A DNA stretch of 64,000 nt from Antedon mediterranea (lineage: Eukaryota; Animalia; Echinodermata), in assembly GCF_964355755.1 (NCBI RefSeq), contig NC_092675.1, forward strand, positions 17,146,912 to 17,210,911. Direction: 5' to 3'. Made by a program: the position numbers and the translations under genes. Below are positions 13,016 to 25,326 of this stretch, piece by piece (the stretch's first letter is position 1; each line of letters starts with the position of its first letter). The notes under the pieces were generated by a model that saw only the letters and a program-made list of their open reading frames with translations, was not told where the DNA came from and did not search any database.

Positions 13016-16000
13016 CTAGCTGAAGTTCAAACGAGGAATAGATTAGCACCGATATTTGGCATACAATGGGAGAGGCGGGATGTGCCAAATATCAGAGTTG
13101 ATAACCAGGGAGTTTTGATTGGAGAGTGTGTGGTAATAGTTCCGATATTGAAAGTTAAGCAAATATTGAATGTTTTTACAATTTTTTTTTTGCATTTGGG
13201 TAAATAACCACCTGATTCCCAGTGCAGTATCTCCAAATACTATCTATTTCCAAGGTAATACAGCATCTCATTTATATCACATGTGGTGCCTGTATCATGT
13301 AAGGTTAGGTTACTTTAAGGGTTAGGTTACTACTATCTAGATACATGGGATGATGTATTACCAAATATTCCTATGATACTTCGGAAATAGATACAGTACC
13401 GAGAATCGGCTGAAATAATGCATAGTGCACTAGATTTCAAATTAAATATTCTGATTTTTGGAATGTAAAGTTTTAAAGCTCTTATAAAATGAAATGTCCA
13501 ATATGATATGATATGATATACAATTATTTTTTGTGCATTAGGGTAATATACTGTATTGCAAAAGATTTGAAGTGGACCCTGATGAAAGCTATAAATAATA
13601 ATTAAGCAGTTACAGAGTGAGAAATGTTGTTTTATTATTATTGTTTTTATTATGTGTATACTTAAAAAAACAAACAAAAAAAACCCCCAAAAGATCATGC
13701 GCAATGAAAGTACTGCTTGCCAAAATTAAATTCTTCCACAAGTAAAAATAACATTTAAAATGTGAAAAGTATTTCAAATATTTCAAATTATTTAATGTTG
13801 TAATTGATATAATGTTTTTTTTACACAAACATGCGTATTTGTGTAAACAAATATGTAATTGGGTACTCCATAGTTTTTTTCAAATTACAATTGTTATGGT
13901 ATAATTACATACATTGTTATCCCAGATGGTTTACGAAATACATTAGCTATTCCACATATTGAGGTTTATATATAATGTATGATGTTAGTTGTTTACTTGT
14001 ACAATAGATTATTACTGTTATGTCTCATGTTGGGCTTCCCATAAACTTATCAAATTAATTTTCAGTAAGTTAGGGAGTTGAAAGTGATTAGTAAAACTGT
14101 TGAGGTGGAGTATCACAAGCAACTACAATGCAAAATGTAAATGTACAAAAATTAGTGAAAAATCTAAAAATTCTAAAAATAATATATATTAAAGCATGCA
14201 TAATACCATGCATGAACCAAAAAAATTAATAAAAAGTACAAAATATTGATAAATAAAGTTAGAATTGTATAAATTGCAGAAATAGTAATAGATATGTAAT
14301 GAAAGGATTGACCTTTACATTTTAGTTTTTCTTTGATGCTGCTAAGATATTCTCGAGAATATGACGTGGAAGCGACCTTAATACGTAGGTACTCTTTGAC
14401 AAATGCAATGATATTTTATAGTAAACAGCTGAGATATTATTATATCAAAACAAACACTAGTAGGGATATGGAGATCTTATATTTATAGTTAAGAAAAATG
14501 TTTTATTTTTTGTTGTGAATTCTTCAAATTTAGAGGTACAGTATGTCATGTCCTGGAGAATGTTGAGAAGTGTTTAGCAACATTTTTGATTGTGTACAGT
14601 ACCTTAATACATTCATATTCATAAATATAACGTTTGGTCTTGACAAGCCTTTTTTTTATTTAATTTTGACAGGAAATTATATATAAAATATATTTAAATA
14701 CATTGTTAGTATGTATATGTATGTAAGACCTGCATATTATCAATGCATCGTACATTGTAGTGTCCCCTCCAAACTATGTCATTCTTCGGACCACATGGTG
14801 GCGACATCAATCTGGTTTGGTTTTTTTTTGTGGAGGGTGTGACTAAATTGTACTTTCGTCTGTTAATTTGAAAGTCACAAATTTTAGATGTGTCGGTACT
14901 GAAGTAAAGTTGTACATTTTGTAATAACCCAATGTTACTTCTGTATTTAGTATAGTGATTATACTTATTGTATAAGGTTCTTTTGTATATAGGTAACTGA
15001 TAATACTTAGAAGGGCGGGTGGGCAGGAGTTTATGTTCAGTTTAAATGTATATATAGTAAGACGAGTCGAAAGGACTGCGATAATTAATGTTATGTTTTT
15101 GCAATTTTTGACATTTATATTATTTTTTTTTAATAGAGGTCTGTCCTGTACAGTTCTTGATGAGGTAGGGGAGGTGGTGTGTCAATCTAGTGTCCTCGAT
15201 ATGAGACATTTTTCAGGGAAATTTGTTGCTTGTCTGAATCTCCCCTTTCTAGCATTTGTACCTAAAGACACACATTACTCAATTGATTGAAGCAATGCAA
15301 AGATTATTTTAGCTTGAATTTGAGTCGAAGAAGCAACCATTATTGATAAATAAAAATTACATTTTTTTTTTAATCGGCTGATAATGTATTTATTTTGGTT
15401 GTATAAAGATAGCAAAAACAATACAACCTGTCCTGAAGGATGTGGTTTATCAGGGTAATATTTAAAGACAGTACTTTTAATTTTACTAAATATTTACACA
15501 AGTAATATTCGCATTAAAAAGTGCTAAAATAGTAGATGCCAATTAAACTTGTATGTATATAACATTTTTCTTTATATCTGTTAGACAAAAAAAGTGTATT
15601 CTTTATTTCTCTATTTTAAAAATGAATTTGAATCATTTTGAAACTTGCTCTGCAGTTTTAGATTGATATTGTTGTAATATAAGTACTGTATTAGTTGATC
15701 ATTGATAATGATATGAAAAGTCAATTTGTTCTACAATCATTTTGGTGTCAAGAATCCTATCTTTATGTAAATAATATGACACTAGTTGTATTTGATGTGT
15801 TGTGGTGTTTTAGTCATAGTGAAGTAAGCCACAATTCTTCATTTGTATATATTTCGTACATTACACCTCCACCCAGCAAGCTTTATAGAAAGTTAACCTG
15901 CATTTCTAGTTGTTAATATTGGTTCAAATTCAGGTTCTTCTTTTAAAATGTGTCGTGTGTATTTTTACGAAGCATTACTGTATTGTTTTGAAACATGATG

Positions 16001-17929
16001 TAACACTACATTAATGTTATTGCACAAATCAAATGATATGAATACTGTCAGATTGGGTTGCTTTAACAGATGCTTGTATTTCACATACTGGTACCTCTGC
16101 TTTTAAATTTATGTTGACAAAGGTTGTTATTTTTCAATTAAATAGTGAAAGTTCACCATTGATTTCAGTTTGTTTATCCGCATAAAACGTTTTATTACAT
16201 GCATCATTATAAATTCTTGAACTGCAAGATGCATTGATAATTATTAGTTCCTCCTTACTAACGATAATATCTATTTAAAATCTGATCTGATATCACCACA
16301 TGTGACTGATAATGAAAACCATGTGATATCCAAAATTAATTGCTTGCTTTTGTATATATTTTGTACATATTTTAAAACTTTATCCTGTACCCTATATATA
16401 TTTGTTTAATTTCATTGCCCATTGTCCAAAACATTAATTGAGATGTAAAACATTACTTATGTATGCATGTTTTCATATTTAATTTTAGACACAAGTTATT
16501 TAGTTGTAAATGGTTATGTTAATAGTTTTTTTTTGACTTCAAAACCTCGTTGGACTTTTAGTCTTGTTTTATTTGTGTTTGGGGTATGGATGGAATTCAA
16601 TAAATACTTGGATTTAATTAGAATATTATGTGTTCTTTTATGATAGCTTTATTTGTCAAAACTAGGTAATAAAGTTGAGAAAATGTTGAAGATGGATGAC
16701 GTTAAGTTTATTGAAGGCTAGTAATGTATTATTTATTAGCTCGACCATAATTTAACAATTAATATTTATGAATTTAATGGTGAGATTATTTAATGTCAAT
16801 CATTCAACGTGAAATATTCGCTCTATCTAACAACTACAAAGATGCATTATTTGTGTGATAACGCACCTACTGTTCCAAAGTAAATTTAATAGAAGATAGT
16901 AGAACAGTTAGTTGTAGATTCCTTGTGTTGCATAACAGGTTCTCAAAAAGCTAAACATGCAATAGTACTATGCTATTAGAATATTTTAGAATACTTTTAC
17001 CGAACGGCACATAGTATAAAATTAACCAATCAAATGGCAAGGATACGGTCAGGTGTGTTCTAGTATAGTTTATTTACCTCCGCCAAGGAGGTATAATGTA
17101 ATCGATCGCGTGTGTCTTGTTTGATTTGCAAGATCTTTACTAAAATGAAAATACAGATAGATATGTGATAAAGGACCACGGTCCAAATTCTGGACCACTT
17201 TTTAGTATTATTTTTAGACCTGCTAGTGTTAAAAAGATGGGACAGAATTTTCAAAAGCCGTCGAGCAGTCTTAAAGTAACAAGTAAACTGAAATTGCATT
17301 TTCTCGTATCGATTTTAAGTATTTATAATTTGTGATTTGTAATTGTAAAACATAATTTGATTTAATGTACAGGTTTTAAAAAAACCTATTTCTTTTAAAT
17401 TCACTTTGGCGTTCCTTTTACTATTGTTAGTCAACTATTGTTAGTTGAAAGGCTATTACACCAAACTCGCATCTTGTAGTGAAATTAGCCTATATTACAC
17501 ACAGCATTGACACACACAAATATATATACACATATATATATTAGTTTTTTCCTGAGAAATCTTATGTAGGAGAATTTTACAGTAGGCTGTGAGAAGTGGC
17601 TTCCTAGTTTTAATTGTCTTCGATAAGTCAACTTTCAAATTTGATGGCTAAATGGTGCGAGAATTGAAAAAGTGTTTGTTGATTGAATGCTTGTTATTTT
17701 AACCAACTCATAACTCACACAAACATGTAGGTACAGTATTATATTATTAGCTTTACATTGTTTATTATCCAATATTTTTTATACTAATAATTATGGGCAA
17801 AATCATGTGTGACGTTTTGTATGTTCTTTAAATGTTACATTTTTATATTTCTCTGCTGTGTTTATAATAATAATGCCTGTTTTTAAGTATTTTTATGCAA
17901 TATGTTTAACATTCAATATATTTGAACAG

Positions 17930-18261
17930 GGTTCGAAGTGGAACACGACTACCCACTATTACGCTACGATCCAACAAATGTTTCTGTCGAAGAAACTGGG
18001 AGTGCATGCATTGTTGTTAGACCTCTGTACATGTCTACTTCGTAAGTATGCCTTTTCAACAGTTAAAATGTTGCAAATGTTTACATTATTTTTGTCATTA
18101 TTTTCTTCCAACATTTTCCTATATTTTTCCAGCTATTTGGTTAAGTATTACCCCAGGTTTGAGGTGGAAAATGACAACCCACTGGGCCTATACTACGATC
18201 AGGCAAATCGTTCTGTCGAAGAAACAGGCAGTGTTTGTATTATTTAGACTGTGGGAGATTC
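17930..18261 (+). pseudogene. Tandemly duplicated orphan exon-like segments (about 220-bp unit)
   Basis: FEVEHDYPLLRYDPTNVSVEETGSACIV..tc|gtaagt and FEVENDNPLGLYYDQANRSVEETGSVCII*..tc|gtgagt. Both end in a splice donor; the second copy has a stop. Confidence 0.4.
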
Positions 18262-18288
18262 GTGAGTATTGTATGCCTTTATAATAAC

Positions 18289-18313
18289 CATGGACCTATA
18301 GATTAGGTCCATG
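18289..18313. mobile_element. 25-bp CATGG hairpin with 7-bp TSD (taataac); putative P-like footprint
   Basis: taataac|catggacctatagattaggtccatg|taataac. Confidence 0.75.
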
Positions 18314-18317
18314 TAAT

Positions 18318-18419
18318 AACAAGGCTATATACATGGCTGCAGTCGCGTGCTCAAATTTGAGTTAGTGTTTACCATCCGACCGACAGTGAGCTGTAGAGTC
18401 GAGTTGCACGCGACTAAAA
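18318..18419 (-). mobile_element. Short Helentron-associated (HINE/Pearl-like) element, copy 1
   Basis: Inverted subterminal agtcgcgtgc / gcacgcgact, terminal hairpin and (ccga)n core. A near-identical copy lies at 58212-58310. Confidence 0.6.
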
Positions 18420-18661
18420 TCTAAGGAAAAGTGGGGTTACCCTGTTAAAAACAACCTTTACCATTATGGCAACATTTTCCTATATTTTATTGTTTTAATT
18501 AGTGTATTGTTATGAGAAAGTAGGAAGAAATGGAGGTTTTTAAAGTTGTAAATTTAAATGCCATATACAAATTGAATTTATATTTCTTTTACAGGTACAG
18601 TAGTATCATTGGCCAAGGACAGGTTCCAAACGGCAAGAGACAACAGTAGATATTGTAAGAC

Positions 18662-18695
18662 CATGGAGCTATAAAACTAATTTTATAGCTCCATG
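18662..18695. mobile_element. 34-bp (17+17) CATGG hairpin with 7-bp TSD; putative P-like footprint
   Basis: gtaagac|catggagctataaaactaattttatagctccatg|gtaaggc (one mismatch in the TSD). Confidence 0.75.
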
Positions 18696-19389
18696 GTAAG
18701 GCTATCAAATACAGTAATTTTTATTTATTGAATTCAGTTAAAATGTTATATGACTACAAATCTGCAATTATAGATTGTATAATATTAATACTGTATAAGA
18801 TACTATATAACCCCGTTAAGGGGGTACACTTTCAGAACAAGTGTCCCCGGTTGCACGGAGTGTCCCAAAAGAGAGGTTATTACCGTAGTATAGAGAGCAA
18901 TTAGTAAATCTATAACAATTCCAAAAGAGTTGCTCTCAATAAGTGTACAGTTACATAATACAATTATATTCTAATTGTTTATGTTTTTTTTTCTGAGCTG
19001 TATTAGGCTACTTCACAATATCTTTATTTTGTACCTTCAAATGAAATAAATAAAATGAAAATACATTTTTAAAAATATGTTGAAACAATGAATGCAGCCT
19101 ATATTTGTTAAATTCATAATACATCCAAAGGCAAATTACTGAAAAAATAAACGACTAAAAACGCGGCCAGTTTGGTTTCAGTAAAGTCAACCAATGAAAT
19201 GAATGAAAGTTTTGCAAGATTTGCCGCAAAAGGTGACTGCCCAAATTTTGGCTGTCATGAGACTTAATTTCACTCTTAAATTTGGATCTGACTAATATAG
19301 GTTGTGACAAATTTTAGTACAGTGTCGGAGATGACAACTGCTAGGGAGCAGGTACATATTTGTATACGTGGGTTTACGGAATAGGTCAG

Positions 19390-19884
19390 GGACAAAATCG
19401 CTGCTTTTTTTTCGAAAATGGGAAAAATATGAACTTTTCAAAATAAGCTAATATTACTCTATGTGCATGTTTATAGCGTTATGATGATCTTATGGTTTTT
19501 TATAAAATAAAAAAATAAAATAAAAGGATCCAAATTTTCCCATTTTCCGACAAAATCCCTGTACTATAGTACAGGAATTTTGTTAAAATATGAACGTTTC
19601 GAAATGAGCTAATATATATGTTATGCCAAAAATAAAAGGGTCAAAATTTGCCTATTTTTCGACAAAATCCCTGCAATCCCAGGGATTTTTTGAGAAAAGT
19701 GGGAAAAATATGAACATTTCAAATGAGCTAATATTAGGCCTACTATCTGCACATTTATAGCGTTATGATCATCTTCTGTTTTTTTTTATAAAAAAGTTTT
19801 GTCCAAAAATAAAAGCATCAAAATTTGCCCATTTTCCGACAGGAATTTTTTTCGAAAATGGGAAAATATGATCATTTCAATATA
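19390..19884. repeat. Degenerate tandem repeat array, resuming at about 21337-21410 after a Helitron insertion
   Basis: Recurring gacaaaatccctg, aaaatatgaac, agctaatatta and ttatagcgttatgatcatctt; the last motif reappears near 21388. Confidence 0.65.
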
Positions 19885-21336
19885 CTAGAGGGTGAACTTG
19901 CTTCGCTCGCTCCCCCTCTAGGAGGTGTAGACGATGGTTCTCGGAATGATAATGTTTTCCTTGTACGTTTTCTGTCGGTTACCATTATTGAAAATGCTTG
20001 ACATTCGTAAAACTAAACTACTCTGTTTCACAGTGTCTTAGATAATAACATTTTAAAGTATACCGTAGTGTTTGTTGTTTGGTATGGCCCTTATAGGGCG
20101 GAGGTGGTGAGGCGGAGTTCATTTGAGGGAGGTGCTTATTCTAGGGATGTATGTTAAATTTTTTAGTTTTAATAATATGGTAACATTTCTAATCAAATGA
20201 AATCCTCTAATGGATATGAAAAGTGGTAAAAATGAATAACAAATGCTTGGTAAATTGTAGATAACAGTGCGATGAATTCTACTACAAATAGTATAATTGT
20301 GTTATTATAAATGTGGATGGACGTTTATTAGATAGTTGGGTTGGTGGGGGGGGGGGGGGGGATTATTATTCAAAGTGATGTTTTATTGGAGAAGCGTTTA
20401 TTGAAATAAATACCATCCTAATAATTATTAATACATTATTTAATTTAAACATCTTTTGAAACTAACTGCTGTGACAGAGTGGGCCGTTTCGACCCAAGAA
20501 AGGAGACATTACGGCTTGCAACATGGGCAGGCATCTCGGTCCTAACGGGACACAGATAGCCTACAGTTATTCCTACCAGCGTCTATAATGTTCCCTATTA
20601 TGTGATAATTATTTATGAATTATTCATGATTTCTGCCCACGCTCGTCCTGGAAAAAAAAATTACGCTTCCTGCCAGCTTACTCAATAAAACTCAGCTATC
20701 GGGATTTCACTCGATTTTAAACAAAATGTATTATCATATCAAATCTCCCTATGTAATTTTATAATACTATTCCCCACAATATATTCCGATTCTTTATGGC
20801 GTATATTTAATTTGATCTTTATTAATTTGCAGTATAATTTTTATTTTTTAACTACTGTACCTTCACACGCGCGGTCCGTTCCTAAAATAAACAAAAAACT
20901 GAAATGGCTATGACTTATGGCCAACTTAAGCCTCCAGTCCTACTATCTGTTTTTTTCTTCCGTCTTCCAAAGGAATACTGTATTGATTGATGGAAAGTGC
21001 CTGTTTCCAGTCACCTTTAGGGTCAAATCTATTATTTTAACTGCTCCTTTGTGTATAAAAGAGAGAAAATAGTTGAAACCAGGTTGTTGCAAGGTGAACT
21101 CATCGTAAACCCGGAAATTACTTTGACCGCGAAGAATTGAAATTGAGTTGAAAATCTACTGTTGAAATCATAAATTTTGTTAAAAAACTCTTTATAATAT
21201 CTTCCTAAGATAGAAATATGGAACAATAGTGTCGCACTGAAAACTAATGTTTCGTTTCGCGGTACATCTGAGATAGATAAGGTAGGTATCCAAGGCGGAG
21301 ATTTGTACCGAAGTTTTTCCATAATTTATATATAGA
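19885..21336 (-). mobile_element. Non-autonomous Helitron
   Basis: The minus strand reads A|TCTATATATA...CTAG|T (canonical TC...CTRR between A and T, no TSD). A terminal hairpin ctagaggg...ccctctag spans 19885-19921, and the element interrupts a repeat array that continues on the other side. Confidence 0.7.
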
Positions 21337-22033
21337 TTGTACTAATATTACTATATGTGCACGTACATATATAGCATTATGTTAACTTTTATAGCGTTAT
21401 GATCATCTTGGTCAAATTTAAAAATGTTAATGAAGACAGTTTTTTAACGATTTATTAATGGTAAATTGGAATGGTACGTAAGTCAGAGTGCCAAACCTCT
21501 CGAAACTACACTAAACAAAATTTTAGATAAACATGCTCCTTGGAAAAAACACAGGGTACGTAAAAAAACAGCTCCTTGGCTCACTGATGATGCAATTGAA
21601 AAGATGAAAGAGATATTAAACTCAAAAGAGAATGTAAACATTCTAAAGATGAATCACTCAGGTACAGAAAGTAGAAATACGTGCAATAAATTTTAATACG
21701 TAAAAGTAAAGTTAATTTTATTCAAGAAGGTATAAAAGAAAATAAAAACGATGAAAAAAAATCATGGGATACCATAAGATATATTATATCATATCGTCAA
21801 AAAACAAAACTTAAACTATTCAAACAATTTGTAATGATAATGGTGATGTCCTCTATAAAGATAAAGAAATCGCAAATGAAATTACTACATTTTTCTCAAA
21901 TATAGGTTCAAATCTTGCATCACAAGTACATGATGAAATCGATGCTTTCACCGAAAATCATTTTGAATTCGAACACATCACATGTGAATTTGTATATAAA
22001 TATTTAAATCTTTCAAAACAAAGCCACTGGTCA

Positions 22034-25000
22034 TACTATAGTAGCTAGATCAACTTTCGTATGCACTTTGAGGTCCAGAGAATTTGACTTCAGAAATTGG
22101 TTTAGAATGGTCAAACAATCATTATTGGCTTGGTTACACATTTTGAAAATGTGGCGAAAGGTCAAAAGGTCAGGGTGAAAGGTTATAAAACTAAACACCA
22201 ATAGGCCCTTAAATCTCGACAACCACTGGTCACAGCGAGGTAATTTTGGTCTCAAATTGATCAGAAGGTATACATTTATATTCAGTCTAATGGGAAATTT
22301 TAGTCAAAAATGACCGGAAATACCATTTCTGACCTTTGACCCACACCCCAGGGCATGTATGTATCTCCGTAACTACTGGTCGTAGACACTTGAATTTTGT
22401 CTTAAATTGTTTGAAATAAACATTTTGTTATTTGTTGCACATTTTTAAAAATGTTACAAAAGGTCAGGGTCAAGGGTTATATGAATAAATACAAATAGAT
22501 ACTTGTATCTCGGCAACCATTCATCGCAGCAAGTCAATTTTAGTCTCAAAATGTTCAGAAGGCATGCATTCATATTCAATCTAATGGGACATTTTAGTCA
22601 AAAATTATCAGAAATGCCATTTCTGACCTTTGACCCACATATGGCATCTTCATATCTCTGTAAGTAATGGTCGTAGACACTAAAATTTGGTATCAAATTG
22701 CTAAAAATACACATATTTACATTCATTCTAACAGATAATTTGGACAAAAGATGATCAGAAATACTATTAATTACTAATGTTTTAAACGAAAAACATCTCT
22801 CTACACAACTTATCCTTAGACAGTAATGTTATGCAATAATTGATGCTTAATGGTTTCATTACAGGAATTAAAACAAATCCTTTACTGTTTGTAATAATTG
22901 TGCTTTTGCTTATAATAATGCTAGAAAATATTGTTGACCCCCGAGAACGTTCAAACAATTTGATAGAAACGTCGAGGTCAGCAGTTAAGAATGCTAGAAG
23001 TAACTTACTGTAGTTACTCGAATAAAAGGCCCGGGCATTTATTTATTCAGGGAAGGCGTTTATTTTGTTTGGTAACATGTATAATCAAATAAATACACCC
23101 CAGATATAAAAAAAATTAATATAATAAGAATAATAACTGGATTAAACCTCATTCTATCCTGGTGCAAGTACAATCATGTATTAAAAGGTATCAGAGACAA
23201 CTATAATTGACCAAATCATTGTCATTATTCCGTAACACTGTTGCATAATATTTTTGAATGTCACCGACAAAATTTATAGGTATACACGTCTGTTCCAAGT
23301 GTAGATAATAAAACAATATATGTTTCTGGAGATTATTATGAATACCACTAGAAACTTTGACATGTTTTAGGTACTGAATGCATTGACAATAAAAGCATCA
23401 GAAGTTATCATGATAAAATCATACTACAACACTGTACTACAGTACACAAGGTCAGTGTTTTCAGGAAAGCTGGACATATTGTACAATAGTAATGAAACTA
23501 TGTATTGACATTTAAAAATATGAAAAAGATTGTTGTCAAATTGTAGTCACAAACAAAGATGATAGAATGAAGATCCATTATGAGTGCAATCGTGTCAGGA
23601 TTGTTTTATATCATTATACTGACACCTGGAGGAGAAGATGCATTTAATGGAATCTATGACAGTGTCACTTTTATTCTAAAAGACAGAAACATTTCGTTAA
23701 AAAGCATAAAGAGGAAAACGAATCATGTAAAAGAAAAAGTTGAGAAACGAATTATGATTATTAAAATTAGAGTATTTATTCGAATAAACACCCACTTTGA
23801 ATAAAAGCCTCCCTCAAATAAACGCCACCATTCCCTCCAATAGAACATCATGTGGAATAAACACCCCGCCCGCCACATGCATTTACACAATAATTGTATC
23901 ACAACACATTTCATTAACTACCATAATCTACAATACCAATCATTTTGACATAATTTTATCACTTTTTGATATTAATTGTGCTGTATTTTTTTACATCTAG
24001 GTGGTATTTCGAGTCTTCTCGGATAAGGACTATAAACCGTAGGTCCAGTGTACACATAGCTCATGCGCACTTTAAAGAACCTAGTACATCTTTCGAGACG
24101 AGTAGGGGGTTACCCCGGTGTACTAGTCCACACAAACACAGCCACTGTCACACACAACCACTGTGCAAATTGGGACTGGACCATTTTAGAGGTGTTTACC
24201 ACCTGTTGGTCCAGATCCTTCACTAACTGAGTTAGTGAGAAGTCGAATAAATAAAAATAAAAAATAAATAAAATAAAAAATATTTATTTGATTATACATG
24301 TTACCATATTATACCCCATACCCGCATAAAGATGCGTCCCCTCCCCCTAAAAACCCTTTTGAACAATAAATGCCTGGGGCGTTTAATTGGATACATATGG
24401 CAAGTTACTTCTAGCATTCTGAAATGAACTGTTGAGCTTGACGTTTCTATCAAAATGTCCTCAGGGACAGCAATAACTAGTATTTGAAATTAAAACAATT
24501 TTAAAGCATCAGTTATTGCATAACATTACTGTCTAAGGATAAGTTGTGTAGAGATATGTTTTTTTGTTTGAAACATTAGTAAAAGCATTTCTGTTCATCT
24601 TTTAACCACATTTTCTATTACAATGAATGTAAATATGTATATTTCGAACAATTTGATACCAAATTTAAGTTTCTACGACCAGTACTTACAGAGATATGAA
24701 GATGCCCTGGTATGTGGGTCAAAGGTCAGAAATGGCATTTCTGATCATTTTTGACTAAAATTCCCCATTAGACGGAATATAAATGCATGCCTTCTGAACA
24801 TTTTGAGACCAAAATTGACTTGCTGCGACCAGTGGTTGCCGAGATACAAGTACCTTTTTTTATTTGTTCATATAACCCTTGACCCTGACCCTTTGACCGT
24901 TTGTAACATTTTTAAAAATGTGTAACAAATAACAAAATATATATTTCGAACAATTTAAAACCAAATTCAAGTGTCTACGACCAGTAGTTACGGAGATACA

Positions 25001-25326
25001 TACATGCCCTGGGCTGTGGGTCAAAGGTCAGAAATGGCATTTCCGGTCATTTTTTACTAAAATGTCCCATTAGACTGAATATAAATGTATACCTTCTGAT
25101 AAATTTGAGACCAAAATTACCTCGCTGTGACCAGTGGTTGTTGAGATTTAAGGACATATTGGTGTTTGGTCTTATGACCTTTCACCCTGATCTTTTGACC
25201 TTTCGCCACATTTTCAAAATGTGTAACCAAGCCGAAAATGATTGTTTGACCACCCTTAACCAATTTCTGAAGCCAAATTCTCTGGACCTCAAAGTGCATA
25301 CGAAAGTTGATCTAGCTACTAGAGTA
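22034..25326. mobile_element. 3.3-kb foldback-like DNA element with inverted arms of about 0.8-1 kb and 3-bp TSD (tca)
   Basis: Arms 22034-~23005 and ~24402-25326 are reverse complements (mirror ORFs 22031-22255 and 25105-25332). Termini TACTATAGTAGCTAGATC / GATCTAGCTACTAGAGTA. tca at 22031-22033 and 25327-25329. The arms contain internal repeats of about 300 bp. Confidence 0.9.
24000..24280 (+). mobile_element. SINE fragment with Deu/Nin core domain and A-rich tail
   Basis: cggataaggactataaaccgtaggtcc...ttaaagaacctagtacatctttcgagacgagtagggggttaccccggtg resembles the recalled AmnSINE/DeuSINE core. An (aaata)n tail follows. Confidence 0.65.

Noticed and set aside
12794-16610. Possible 3.8-kb SLC6 3'UTR ending at AATAAA near 16599
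   Set aside because: Plausible, but several AATAAA occur earlier, so it cannot be supported without transcript data.
17073-17290. ttacctccgccaaggagg start resembling known interspersed repeats
   Set aside because: Probably a non-autonomous element, but I could not find its other end or assign a family.
671-17300. Numerous 60-125 aa AT-rich ORFs in the ORF track
   Set aside because: Low-complexity I/L/F/Y/K ORFs expected by chance in AT-rich introns, or antisense shadows of real exons.
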